64,000 nucleotides of DNA from Mobula hypostoma (taxonomy: Eukaryota): NCBI RefSeq assembly GCF_963921235.1, contig NC_086097.1, positions 10,478,001 to 10,542,000 on the forward strand, in the 5' to 3' direction. The first letter of the stretch is position 1. Each line of letters begins with the position of its first letter. The notes below the pieces were generated by a model that made no database searches, had not been told where the DNA came from, and worked only from the letters and a program-made list of their open reading frames with translations. Below are positions 25,123-37,906 of this stretch, one piece after another. Both the position numbers and the translations under genes were made by a program.

Positions 25123-25824
25123 CAACAACACAATTTCAGGTCACTTTCAAATAAAAAGCATGCATTTTAGGAAGAGCTGTTGTTAGGAAGCCTTTACTTA
25201 TACATTTCAGATAGAGGCAGAAACATTATGGACATTGTAGATGGGCACATGGATGATAGAAAATGGGTCACTATGTAGGAGGGAAGGATTACATTGATTT
25301 TAGAGTAGGTTAAGAGATCACCACACATTGTGGGCCAAAGAGATTTTACAGTACTCTAATGCTCCATGTTCTATGTTCTTTGTAGAAGAGAGATTCAGCA
25401 ACAAATAGACACCTTTCCAATTATTAGCACTTTCTGCACAAAAAGACATCAAACTCCAGAGGTGTGATTGATTTGTCATTGGGAAGTTTAAAATTTTATA
25501 GATCACTAGAACTGCCTGTGATTTGTTCTTTCAAATAAATACCTTATAGTGTGAGTAATTGCTGCTATTTAGTGTCTATGAAATCCATCTGGGAAAGAAA
25601 CCTGATAAATAATGTGATTTGAGTATACAAAGTTCCACATTTAAGCATCACGCTCCCTTTATGGCGATATAAACAGCTTTGCTTACTTTATGATTGACTG
25701 GATAAAAAGAAATTGGAGCTATTAACATTATATTGCCAATTCTTTATTGTACTTGAAAGTCAACTAAATGGTAGTTTTATTTTGTAGCTAGAATCATTTT
25801 AGAGCAATGAGTAGGGCAATAACC

Positions 25825-28800
25825 ATGAGATCAAAAGACACAGGAGCAGAATTAGGCCATTCAGACCATCCAGTTTGTTCCACAATTTCATCATGGCTGA
25901 TTTATTATCCTTCCTTCAGCCAATAACTTTTACCACACAGATTAATCAAGAATATACCAACCCCCACCTTAAATATACCCAATGGCTTGGCTTGCACAGC
26001 CATCTGAGACAACATATGCAGATTCACCACTCTCTGGCTAAAGAAATTTTTCGTCGTCTCTGTTCTAAATAGACGTCCCTCTATTATGTGGCTGTGTGCT
26101 CTGTTCCTACATTCCCCTGCTATAGGAATCATCCTTGATGTCTAGGCTTTTCAATATTCATAGGTTTCAATGAGATCCGCCATCATTCTTTTAAACTCCA
26201 ATGAGTACAGGCCCAGAGCCATCAAACACTCCTCATATATTAACCTTTCATTCCCGAAATCATCCTCCTGAACTTCCTCTGGGCGCTTTCCAATGCCAGC
26301 ACATCTTTTCTTAGATAAGGTGCTAAAACTGACCAATGCCTTATAAAGCCTCAGCACTACATCCTTGTTTTTGTATTCTAGTCCTCTCAGATTGCTAACA
26401 TTGTGTTTGGCCTCAAACTGCAAGTTAACCTTCAGGGAATCCTGCCCAAGGGCTTCCAAGTCCCTTTGCACCTCTGAATTTTGAGCTTTCTCCACATTTA
26501 GAAATTAGTTGATGCCTTTAGTCCTTCTACTAAAGTGCATGTGCATTCAATTCCCCACACAATATTCCATTTGCCACTTCTTTGCACATCCCCCTATCTG
26601 TCAACATCCTCCTGCAGACACCTTGCTTCCTCAGCACTTCCTACCCCTCCACCTGTCTTTGCACCATCCACAAACTTGGCCACAAAGCTTTCAATTATTT
26701 CATCCAAATCATTGATATATGAAGTAAAAAGAAGTGGTCCCAGTACAGATCCTGTGTCACACCACTGTCAGCAGCAGCCAACTAGAAAAGGTCCTCTTTA
26801 TTCCCACTCTTTTTCTTCTACCAGTCAGCTAATCTTCTATTCATGCTAGTACCTTTCCTGTAATAACATGGGTTCTTAGCCTGTTAAGCCACCTCATTTG
26901 CAGCACCTTGTCAAAAGCTTTCTGAAAATTCAGTTAAACAACATCCATTGACTCCTTTGTCTATCCTGCCTGCCTTTTCCTCAAGGAATTCAAAAAGATC
27001 TGTCAGGTAAGATTTCCCCTTTTGAAGTCATGCTGATTTACAACGAAATATAGAAAGTCTACAGTACAATACAGGCCTTTCATCCCACAAAGCTGTGCTG
27101 AACATGTCCTTACGATAGAAATTACCTAGGATTACCATAGCCCTCTATCCTTCTAAGCTCCAGGTAGCTATCCAGGAGTCTCGTAAAAGATCCTATTGTA
27201 TCTTCTTCCATCACCGTTGCCGGCAGCCCATTCCATGCACTCACCACTCTCTGCATAAAAAACTTACCCCTGACATCTCCTCTGTATCTACTTCCAAGCA
27301 CCTTAAAGCTGTGCTCTCTTGTGTTAACCATTTCAGCCCTGGGAAAAAGCCTCTGACTATCCACACGACCAATTTCTCTCATCATGTTATACACCTCTAT
27401 CAGGTCACCTCTCATCCTCCGTCACTCCAAGGAGTAAAGGCCAAGTTCACTCAACCTATTCTCATAAGGCATGCTCCCCAATCCAGGCAACATCCTTGTA
27501 AATCTCCTCTATATCCTTTCTATGGTTTCCACATCCTTCCTGTAGTGAGGCGACCAGAACTAGCCTTATAATCTTCTAGATCTCTATCATTACCTAGTTT
27601 TTTGAACCTTTCGTAAGCTTTTCTTTGCTTCTGGACTACATTTACAACAGCCTTTGTACACCACGGTTATTGCATCTTTCCACCCTTTCCTTGTCTCACT
27701 GGAACATACCTATGCAGAACTCCACACAAATATCCTCAGAACATTCGCCACATTTCTGCTGTACATTTCCCTGAGAACATCTGTTCCCAATTTATGCTTC
27801 CAAGTTCCTGCCTGATAGTCTCATATTTTCCCTTACTCCAATTAAACACTTCCCTAAATTGTCTGCTCCTATCCCTCTCCAATGCTATGGTAAAGGAGAC
27901 AGAATTGTGATCACTATCTCCAAATGCTCTCCCACTGTGAGATCTGATATCTGACCATGTTCATTTCCCAATACCAGATCAAGTACAGCCTCTCCTCTTG
28001 TAGACTTATCTATGTATTGTCTCAAGAAACCTTCCTGAACACACCTAAAAAACTTCACGCCATCTAAACCACTTGCTCTAGGGAGATGCCAATCAATATT
28101 TGGGAAATTGAAATCTCCCACCACAACAACCCTGTTATTATTACACCTTTCCAAAATCTGTCTCCTTATCTGCTCCTCGATGTCCCTGTTACTATTGGGT
28201 GATCTATATAAAACACCCAGTAGAGTTATTGACCCCTTCCTGTTCCTAACTTCCACCCACAGAGACTCTGTAGACAATCCCTCCATTACTTCCTCCTTTT
28301 CTGCAGCTGTGACACTATTTCTGATCAGCAGTGCCATGCCCCTACCTCTTTTACCTCCCTCCCTGTCCTTTCTGAAACATCTAAAGTCTGGCACTCGAAG
28401 TAACCATTCCTGCCCTGAGTCATCCTAGTCTCTGTAATGGCCACAACATCACATCTCCAAGTACTGATCCATGCTCTAAGCTTATCCGCTTTTTTCGTAA
28501 TACTCCTTGCGTTAAAATAGACACATCTCAAACCATCACTCTGAGCGCATCCCTTCTCTATGACTTGACTATCCTCCTTCTCGCACCGTCTCCAAGCTTT
28601 CTCTATTTGTGAGCCAACCATCTCTCCAGTTCGGTTCCCACCCCACGGCAATTCTAGTTTAAACTCTCCCCAATGGCTGTAGCAAGCCTCCCCGCCAGGA
28701 TATTGGACCCCTCAGATTCAAGTGCAACCTGTTCATTTTGTACAGGTCACACCTGCCCCAAAAGAGGTCTCAATGATCCAGATATTGGAATCCCTGCCCC

Positions 28801-30690
28801 CTGCTCCAATCACTCAGGCACGCATTTATCCTTCCCCTCATTCTATACCTATACTCACTGTCACGTGGCACAGGCAGTAATCCCGAGATTACTGCCTTTG
28901 AGATCCTGCTTTTCAACTTCCTTCCTAACTTCTTGTAGCCTGTTTTCAGGACCTCCTACCTATGTCGTTGATACCAATATGTACTACGACCTCTGGCTGT
29001 TCTCCATCCTAGTTCAGGATATCGTGGATGCGATCAGAAACATCCCGGACCCTGGCACCTGGAGGCAAATTACCATCCGCTTTTCTTTCCTACATCCACA
29101 GAATCACCTGTCTGACCCCCTAACTATAGAGTCCCCTATCACTGCTGCCATCCTCTTCCTTTCCCTATCCTTCTGAGCCACAGGACCAGACTCTGTGCCA
29201 GAGGCACTGTTGCTTCCCCCAGGTAGGCCTTCCCCCGCAACAGTACTCAAATTGGAGTACCTATGGTTAAGGGGGAGAGCCACAAGGGTACTCTCTAGCA
29301 TCTGACTCTTGCCCTTCCCTTTCCTGACTGTTACTCACTGATCTATCTCCCAAGGCACCGTTGTGACTACTTGCATATAGCTCCTATCTATCACCTCCTC
29401 ACTCTTCCTGACCAGATGAAGGTCATCGAGTTGCATCTCCAGTTCCCTAATGCGGTCCCTAAGGAATTGCAGCTCGAAGCACCTGGCAGAAATGTGACCG
29501 TCCTGAAAGCTGGGAGTCTCCCAGACTTCCCACATCTGACACCGAGCACAGAACACCGGCCTCACATACATGCTTCCGGTCTGTATTCTACACAGGTAAC
29601 CTACCTTGCCTTGACCCGTTATCACCTAAGCCCTGTTGAGCCAAAGCCCTCCTATTCTGTCTACCTCTACTTGGATGTCCACGCGTTTGTGCAGTCGTGC
29701 TTCAATTAAACCACTGAAAAAATAACTGTCTCCTTTTAAACTCTTCTTGCAGTTCTAACTGGCTGACGTCCATGCGCTTGCACAGTCGTGCGTTGATTTA
29801 GGCCTATTTTCTCCTGTATCTCCAAGTATTCTAAAACCTCATTCTTAATAATAGGCTCTTGACATCTTTCCAGTCGCTGCACTGGCCTCTAATCTCCTTT
29901 GTTTTGCCTCCCTCCCTTCCTAGAGAGTGGAGTGATATTTTCAAATTTCCAATCGTCAGGAACCAATATCCTTGAATGATCTTGAAAGATCATTATTAAT
30001 GCCTCCACAATCTCTTCAGAACCATGGTGTATAGTCTATCTGGTTCAGGTGATTTATCTACCTTCAGACTTTTCAGCTTCCCAAGTATCTTCTCCTTAGT
30101 AGTAGCAATGACGCTCATTTCTGCCCCTGTAAACTCTGGTGTTTCTGGCATTCCGCTAGCAATCTTAACAAGGAAGATTGATGCAAGATACTTATTCAGT
30201 TCATCCACCATTTCTTTGTTCCACTTTACTACTTCTCAATCTATAGGTATTCTATAAATTCCCTTTCTTGGGATCCAGTAACAACCTGATTTTCCCACTC
30301 TTACAGCATATTGAAATCTTCCATGATTATCACAATTTTGCACTTTCTATATGTCTTTTCTATCTTCCATTGTAATTTGTAGCCTACATCCTCACTACCG
30401 TTTGAAGGCCTGTATATAACTCCCTTCTGGGTCTTTTTACCATGCAGTTTCTTAACTCTACCCAAAAGGATTCTGCATCTTCAAATTTTATGTCACCTCT
30501 TTCTTAGGATTTGATTTCATTTTTTAATCAACAGAGTCATACCACCTCCTGTGCCTGCCTGACTGTCCTTTCGATACAATATGCATCTTGGGATGTTAAG
30601 CTTTCAACTATAATCTTCAGTCAGCCACGACTCAGAGGTGCCCACAACATCATACCTGCCAATCTCTAACTGCACTACAAGATCATCTCC
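25825..30690 (-). mobile_element. Older CR1 (segments 25825-27040 and 29794-30690)
   Basis: CR1 C-terminal peptides and DELNKYLASIF..KVDKSPEPD. Split by the younger CR1 listed next. Confidence 0.75.
27041..29793 (-). mobile_element. Internally deleted CR1: 5' UTR, ORF1 (Cys-finger + SGNH esterase), APE and 3' end, lacking RT
   Basis: ORF1 motifs CARCQMWE..ARC.ELQFLRDRIRELE and VIGDSIVRG. APE motifs VVAITET and VVGDFNFP. Joins the C-terminus near 27560. Flanked by tgattta (27034-27040 / 29794-29800). Confidence 0.8.
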
Positions 30691-31004
30691 TCATTCCTCA
30701 ATAAACAAGATAGGAATTGAACCAGCATAACAACTTGAGAACTTAAAAAATTAAACTGCTGAAAACCATCTGCAGGTGAAGCAACATCCTTGGAGCCAGA
30801 AGAAGAGTTAAAATTGCAGGTCAAACACAACTAGAATTGATGAAGAGAATACAAATTGGTTTTAAGATGCATGGAAGGTGGGGGAAGGATAGATAGAACA
30901 AATAGAATATCTGTGAAAAGCTGAGGTCAGTTTTTTCCTTTCGATTAGCACAGGATATATCACACATCAAAGAGAACCACCACCTTGTCTTGGTTTGGAA
31001 GTTT

Positions 31005-31370
31005 GTGTGCCTCAATGATCCAGTGAGCTATGCTGGCTTTGTGCTTTGGCTCTTGATAGGTCACCCATGCCAAAGAGGTCAAATGGTAGAGGCCAGACTA
31101 AGAGTGGTCCACTGGTCCTTCTGGTTTGGGGGTTCAGCTCAGAGCTAACGACCATGACTGGTCAAACAAAACTCTTCGGGAAACTGCAATGAAGAATCCT
31201 TCAACATCTGAGTGTGATGGTATTCCTGAGACTTCACTTGGGACTGGCATAGCTGACAGTAGTCTGAAAGGAAGTTACTGGCATGATGAAGGAAGTCCTG
31301 AACGCCACCAGAAAGGTAGGACCTTCATTGCTGCTCTAAACGCCAGCAGCATATCGGGCAGTAACAGAGA
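31005..31370 (+). mobile_element. Short non-autonomous RTE-type retroposon
   Basis: RTE-like 5' motif (ggtcacccatgcc..gggggttcagctc.gagctaac) joined to an RTE-like 3' end (ttcattgctgctctaaacgccagc). Recognised from memory only. Confidence 0.45.
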
Positions 31371-32264
31371 AACTTCATTTCACAATTATTTATTGCATTA
31401 TCTGTGTTTCCATTTCTAATTTTCCTCCATCTGTCCATTAATCAGATGACCTCTACAACTATTTCTGAAACAATCCTGACATCACTCTGTCAGAGATGTT
31501 TCCTTAATTCATCCTTCGCTTCCCATCCTTCTAGAACCTTAAATCCCTTCTACAATGCGGAACAAAAATCTTCAACCCAATACGTTAGTTCAATCTCTCT
31601 TTCCTCAACTGAATCTTTCCAGAATTTCAGCATTGATTTCAGATTTTCAGGCACCTGCAGCTTGTTTGTTTGTTTTTTCCAATACCAGTGTGGGGTTGAG
31701 AGATTGGAGAGAAATAGTTATCAGACTTCAACAGAATTACAGTTCATTTTAGTGCTGTGTCATTATCAATAAAGGGTCGTAATAAGGCTCAAGAGAAAGA
31801 AATTGCAAATCGAATAAGTTTCTGATTTAATGCAGTCACAGCTAACAATGCAACTTCTAAAATCTTCTCCAACCCATTCAATGTTAGATGTACACAAAGA
31901 AATTAGAAAAAAAGAGCCATAAGCATTGTGTAATATTCAATAAAACAATATTATGGAAGATCACTTTGTCAGCGACAACAGTAATGCCTTTCTCTTTTTA
32001 CAACACCAGACATCTAGGAAATCCATCTTTCATAAACACATTCAAAATCCCTTTATTTATTTAACCAGAACAAATAGGTTATTGAATCAACCACCCTGAA
32101 AGTACAGCTGCTAAATGGTAGATTAAAATTGAGAACTATGTTCTCAAATAAACACTGGTGAAGACAGACTACCCAGTAAAATGAAACACAGAGTATAACA
32201 GGCTACATACATCAAAGTTGCTGGTGAACGCAGCAGGCCAAGCAGCATCTATAGGCAGAGGTGC

Positions 32265-32300
32265 AGTCGACGTTTCAGGCCGAGACCCTTCGTCAGGACT
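32265..32300 (-). ncRNA. Minimal type-I hammerhead ribozyme motif
   Basis: Reverse complement AGTC CTGACGA AGGGTCTCGGCCT GAAA CG TC GACT: conserved core, stem I AGTC/GACT, GUC cleavage triplet. Confidence 0.8.
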
Positions 32301-32599
32301 AACTGAAGGAAGAGTGAGTAAGGGATTTGAAAGCTGGAGGGGGAGGGGGAGATGCAAAATGATAGGAGAAGACAGGAGGGGGAGGGATAGAGCCGAGAGC
32401 TGGACAGGTGATAGGCAAAAGGGGATACGAGAGGATCATGGGACAGGAGGTCCGGGAAAAAGACAAGGGGGTGGGGGGGGTGACCCAGAGGATGGGCAAG
32501 AGGTATATTCAGAGGGACAGAGGGAGAAAAAGGAGAGTGAGAGAAAGAATGTGTGCATAAAAATGAGTAACAGATGGGGTACGAGGGGGAGGTGGGGCC

Positions 32600-34252
32600 T
32601 TAGCAGAAGTTAGAGAAGTCAATGTTCATGCCATCAGGTTGGAGGCTACCCAGACGGAATATAAGGTATTGTTCCTCCAACCTGAGTGTGGCTTCATCTT
32701 TACAGTAGAGGAGGCCGTGGATAGACATGTCAGAATGGGAATGGGATGTGGAATTAAAATGTGTGGCCACTGGGAGATCCTGCTTTCTCTGGCAGACAGA
32801 GCGTAGATGTTCAGCAAAGCGGTCTCCCAGTCTGCGTCGGGTCTCACCAATATATAAAAGGCCACATCGGGAGCACCGGACACAGTATATCACCCCAGTC
32901 GACTCACAGGTGAAGTGATGCCTCACCTGGAAGGACTGTTTGGGGCCCTGAATGGTGGTAAGGGAGGAAGTGTAAGGGCATGTGTAGCACTTGTTCCGCT
33001 TACACGGATAAGTGCCAGGAGGGAGATCAGTGGGGAGGGATGGGGGGGACGAATGGACAAGGGAGTTGTGTAGGGAGCGATCCCTGCGGAATGCAGAGAG
33101 AGGGGGGAAGGGAAAGATGTGCTTAGTGGTGGGATCCCGTTGGAGGTGGCGGAAGTTAAGGAGAATAATATGTTGGACCCGGAGGCTGGTGGGGTGGTAG
33201 GTGAGGACCAGGGGAACCCTATTCCTAGTGGGGTGGTGGGAGGATGGAGTGAGAGCAGATGTACGTGAAATGGGGGAGATGCGTTTAAGAGCAGAGTTGA
33301 TAGTGGAGGAAGGGAAGCCCCTTTCTTTAAAAAATGAAGACATCTCCCTCGTCCTAGAATGAAAAGCCTCATCCTGAGAGCAGATGCGGTGGAGACGGAG
33401 GAATTGCGAGAAGGGGATGGCGTTTTTGCAAGAGACAGGGTGAGAAGAGGAATAGTCCAGATAGCTGTGAGAGTCAGTAGGCTTATAGTAGACATCAGTG
33501 GATAAGCTGTCTCCAGAGACAGAGACGGAAAGATCTAGAAAGGGGAGGGAGGTGTCGGAAATGGACCAGGTAAACTTGAGGGCAGGGTGAAAGTTGGAGG
33601 CAAAGTTAATAAAGTCAACGAGTTCTGCATGCGTGCAGGAAGCAGCACCAATGCAGTCGTCGATGTAGCGAAGGAAAAGTGGGGGACAGATACCAGAATA
33701 GGCACGGAACATAGATTGTTCCACAAACCCAACAAAAAGGCAGGCATAGCTAGGACCCATACGGGTGCCCATAGCTACACCTTTAGTTTGGAGGAAATGG
33801 GAGGAGCAAAAGGAGAAATTATTAAGAGTAAGGACTAATTCCGCTAGACGGAGCAGAGTGGTGGTAGAGGGGAACTGATTAGGTCTGGAATCCAAAAAGA
33901 AGCGTAGAGCTTTGAGACCTTCCTGATGGGGGATGGAAGTATATAAGGACTGGACATCCATGGTGAAAATAAAGCGGTGGGGGCCAGGGAACTTAAAATC
34001 ATCGAAAAGTTTAAGAGCGTGAGAAGTGTCACGAACATAGGTCAGAAGGGATTGAACAAGGGGGGATAAAACAGTGTCGAGGTATGCAGAAACGAGTTCG
34101 GTGGGGCAGGAGCAAGCTGAGACAATAGGTCGGCCAGGACAGGCAGGTTTGTGGATCTTGGGTAGGAGGTAGAAACGGGAAGTGCAGGGTGTGGGAACTA
34201 TAAGGTTGGTAGCAGTGGATGGGAGATCCCCTGAGCGGATAAAATCGGTGAT
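32600..34252 (-). CDS. PLE polyprotein (partial): reverse transcriptase, Cys linker, GIY-YIG endonuclease
   Basis: The frame stays open 97 codons upstream of the annotated Met (FYLLPKIHK..GRPIVS). Motifs DVQSLYTSI, GVAMGT, RYIDD, FLDL, CKRNKCYTC and VIYCVRCSRCGLLYIGET..R..EH. Confidence 0.9.
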   Translation of the reverse strand: MTDFIRSGDLPSTATNLIVPTPCTSRFYLLPKIHKPACPGRPIVSACSCPTELVSAYLDTVLSPLVQSLLTYVRDTSHALKLFDDFKFPGPHRFIFTMDVQSLYTSIPHQEGLKALRFFLDSRPNQFPSTTTLLRLAELVLTLNNFSFCSSHFLQTKGVAMGTRMGPSYACLFVGFVEQSMFRAYSGICPPLFLRYIDDCIGAASCTHAELVDFINFASNFHPALKFTWSISDTSLPFLDLSVSVSGDSLSTDVYYKPTDSHSYLDYSSSHPVSCKNAIPFSQFLRLHRICSQDEAFHSRTREMSSFFKERGFPSSTINSALKRISPISRTSALTPSSHHPTRNRVPLVLTYHPTSLRVQHIILLNFRHLQRDPTTKHIFPFPPLSAFRRDRSLHNSLVHSSPPSLPTDLPPGTYPCKRNKCYTCPYTSSLTTIQGPKQSFQVRHHFTCESTGVIYCVRCSRCGLLYIGETRRRLGDRFAEHLRSVCQRKQDLPVATHFNSTSHSHSDMSIHGLLYCKDEATLRLEEQYLIFRLGSLQPDGMNIDFSNFC

Positions 34253-34654
34253 AGGCTCCTATCTTTATTCAATTTCAACTTCCCATCTGCACATTGGGCT
34301 CCCCATGAGAGCTTCCACAAAGATAAAGAGAATGTGGTTAACTTGTCACTGTAATTTGAAAGATTCAGTAGGGCAAGTCCCTTAATTGTTTCAAAAGTAG
34401 AGCTGCCCACACACCAAGTTTATGGATGAGGGGGACACAAAGGAAAACCCCACAAAAAAAGTCAGGATGGAGATCTGAAATGGAATGTGGATTGCACAGG
34501 GAAGGTTAACATAGAACATAGAACAGTACAGCCCTTTGTCCCACAGTATTGTGCCGAACCAATTAAATTAATTATCAAATGGCTGACTAAACTAATCTTT
34601 TCTGCCTATACAATGTCCATATCCTCACATTCATGTGCCTGTCTAAACATCTCT

Positions 34655-34797
34655 TAAAAGACCTGATGAGGGGTCTCTGCCCGAAACATCAGCTGTTTAC
34701 ACGTTTCCATCGATGCTGCCTGGCCTTCTGGGATCCTCCAACGTTTTGTGTGTGTTGCTCAGATTTCCAGCATCTGCAGATTTCCTCTTGTTTATGA
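34655..34797 (+). mobile_element. PLE 3' fragment with hammerhead core
   Basis: CTGATGA (34663-69) GGGGTCTCTGCCC GAAAC ATC, then PLE terminal 'ttccagcatctgcagatttcctc'. Confidence 0.75.
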
Positions 34798-34899
34798 AGT
34801 AATGATTAGTTATTTTTTAATCTTTATATCTGATCACTATTAAGCAATGATTTGGAATAAGTGTAATAAATTGTCTGTAGGTGTTTGTTATCTGTCATA

Positions 34900-35358
34900 T
34901 CCAACAATAACAGGAAACCTGTGTGGGAGTTTTTAAATGTGGAAAAGCCATTGCACTGGGGCAGCTCCACTTTCCTAACCGAGGTCTTCCTTGGTTGCAG
35001 GAGACGACAATGACTTCATGCCCTTCGCTCTCCACAAGGCATTGCAGAACCGCCCTTCTGACGGGTGGATCTCACCCTGGCCACCCAGTCTGCAAGGAGC
35101 TGACTTCACAGGCTAGGACAGGCGTGTGTCTCTATCTCACTGAAGTATGTGGTCTGCCAACCACCCTGACCTGGTTGAGCCTGCCTGCTGAAGCGGTTTA
35201 CTGGGGTACGGCCACCGTTGCGTGCAGACAGGTACTTGGAGCCACAGGTGAGAGCTGAGTGTCCAGTGGGGACCAAAGGTGAGTGAGCTGCCCCAGAATG
35301 GATGCACCAAGCCTGTCACCAGAAGTGCTACCCCTCCCTGGACAACCCATACACCCCA
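34900..35358 (-). mobile_element. Probable RTE-derived non-autonomous retroposon
   Basis: GC-rich island with an RTE-5'UTR-like start (ggggtgtatggg..cagctctcacctgtggctcc) and a (TGT)n-like tail. Recognised from memory only. Confidence 0.4.
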
Positions 35359-35944
35359 AATTGTCTATATCGTGTTAATAAAAATAACATGGGGGGGGGT
35401 AACTATAGAAAGTGGCTTTCCTCCTTATACTGCATGTTCCCTGAATCTGAAATAAGTGAATATAAAAGGCTAATTCTGAACCATTCTCCTACTTTTCCTT
35501 CTATAATTTTGCATGTTATCAGTTATTATTTGTGTATATCCAATTTCAACTGTCGTCACTGATTGCAGAACTTCCTACCAATTACAATCATTTCATGCTC
35601 ATTATAGCAATCATTCTTTGAAAATTAATTATATTGTAGTTTCAGGAATGGAGTAGTTGGCCATAATTTCTCATTACTCTGTCAGACGGTGGCACCCTTG
35701 GATGCTGCAGCTTCTATGGGAATTACAAATAAATGCAAAGGAATCAACAAAAATCCACATACGGAGATGGACAAACGACCAATGGGCAGAGGACAACAAA
35801 CTGCACAAGTACAAAAAAAAGAAACAACGATAATAATAATAATAATAATAAATATTGCGACCATGAGTTATAGAGTCCTTAAAAGTGAGTCCTTAGGTCG
35901 TGGAATAAGTTCAGTGTCAGAGTGAGTGAAGTTAACTCCTCTTG

Positions 35945-37906
35945 TTCAAGAGCCGTCTTTTGTTGAGGTGCAGAACAAAATTCTTACATCACCTCAGGTG
36001 ACAAGGCAGCCCTAACAACAGCGAGGGCCAAACTGTCCCGGGCCATAAGAGAGGCGAAGCGTGCACACTCCCAGCGAATCGACAGCCACTTCCAGGACAG
36101 CTGCGACACGCAGCACATGTGGAAGGACATTCAGGACATCACCATCTACAAGACAACACCCACCTGCCTGTGCTGGTGATGCCTCCCTCCCAGATGCTTT
36201 GCATAACTTGTACACTCGTTTTGAGACAGAAAATGACGTGCCGGCAAGGAAGACCACCCCTCCTCCAAACGACCAGGTGCTGTGTCTTACCGTGGCCGAT
36301 GTGAGGAGAACCCTGTGCAGGGTCAACCCACGGAAGGCTGCTGGACCAGACAATATTCCTGGCAGAGTGCTTAGAGGATGTGCAGACCAGCTAGCTGAAA
36401 TTCTCACTGACATCTTCAAATCTCCCTGAGCAGCGCCGTCGTTCCAACGTGCTTCAAGGCCGCCACCATCGTTCCTGTGCCGAAGAAGTCTTCAGTAGCC
36501 TCAACGACTACCGTCCCATCGCACTCACATCCATCATCATGAAGTGTTTCGAGAGGCTCATCATGAAGCACATCAAGACCCTGCTGCCCCCCTCACTGGA
36601 CCCCCTGCAGTTCGCGTACCGTCCCAACCGTTCAACAGACAATCCCATTGCCATCACCCTCCACCTGGCCCTAACCCACCTGGACAAAAAGACACGTACG
36701 TTCGAATGCTGTTCATAGACTTCATTTCAGCATTCAACACAATCATTCCTCAGAAACTGATTGGTAAGCTGAGCCTACTGGGCCTGAACACCTCCCTCTG
36801 CAACTGGATCTTAGACTTCCCGACTGGGAGACCTCAGTCAGTCCGGAGTGGAAGCAGCATCTCCGACACCATCACACTGAGCACAGGGGCCCCCCAGAGC
36901 TGTGTGCTCAGTCCACTGCTGTTCACTCTGCTGACCCACGACTGTGCTGCAACACACAGCTCGAACCACATCATCAAGTTCGCCGATGACATGACCGTGG
37001 TGGGTCTCATCAGCAAGAACGATGATCAGCATACAGAGAGGAGGTGCAGCGGCTAACGGACTGGTGCAGAGCCAACAACCTGTCTCTGAATATGAACAAA
37101 AAAAAAGAGATGGTTGTTGACTTCAGGAGGACACGGAGCGACCACTCTCCACTGAACATCGACAACTTCTCTGCAGAGATCGTTAAGATCAACAAATTTT
37201 TTGGTGTTCACCTGGCAGAGAATCTCACTTGATCCCTCAACACCAGCTCCATAGCAAAGAAAGCCCAGCAGCATCTCTACTTTCTGCGAAGGCTGAGAAA
37301 AGTCCATCTCCCACCCCCCATCCTCACCACATTCTACAGAGGCTGTAGTGAGAGCATCCTGAGCAGCTGCATCACTGCCTGGTTCAGAAATTGCACCATC
37401 TCAGATCGCAAGACCCTGCAGTGGATAGTGAGGTCAGCTGAGAAGATCATTGGGGTCTCTTTTCCCGCTATTACAGACATTTACACCACACGCTGCATCC
37501 ATAAATCAAACAGCATTATGAAGGACCCTACGCACCCCTCATACAAACTCTTCTCCCTCCTGCCATCTGGCAAAAGGCACCAAAGTATTCGGGCTCTCAC
37601 AACCAGACTAACAGTTTCTTCCCCCAAGCCATCAGACTCCTCAATACCCAGACCCTGGACTGACACCAACCTACTGTGCCTATTGTCTTTTTTTTTATTT
37701 ATTGTAATGCCTGCACTGTTTTGTGCACTTTATGCAGTCCTGGGTAGGTCTGTAGTCTAGTGTAGTTTTGTGTTGTTTTACATAGTTCAGTGTAGTTTTT
37801 GAATTATTCATGTTGCACCATGGTCCTGAAAAATATTGTCTCATTTTAACTGTGTACTATACCAGCAGTTATGGTCGAAATGACAATAAGAAGTGACTTG
37901 ACTTGA
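35945..37906 (+). mobile_element. Rex1/Babar LINE, 5'-truncated, frameshifted RT
   Basis: [74 protein letters not shown] plus (GACTT)n tail. Confidence 0.92.

Larger units (their letters stand above)
32205..34252 (-). mobile_element. Penelope-like retroelement (Neptune-type), 5'-truncated, young
   Basis: Open frame with PLE RT and GIY-YIG domains, followed by a 3' region with a hammerhead motif. The 3' region is homologous to 54022-54456. Confidence 0.95.

Noticed and set aside
32600..34252. Possible selenoprotein-type (Naiad) PLE or domesticated/telomerase-like RT gene
   Set aside because: No in-frame TGA. It is 5'-truncated and followed by a multicopy PLE 3' region, so it is an ordinary PLE copy.
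32195..34262. TSD around the large PLE (caggctac / taggctcc)
   Set aside because: Only a 5-bp core matches, which is not distinguishable from chance.
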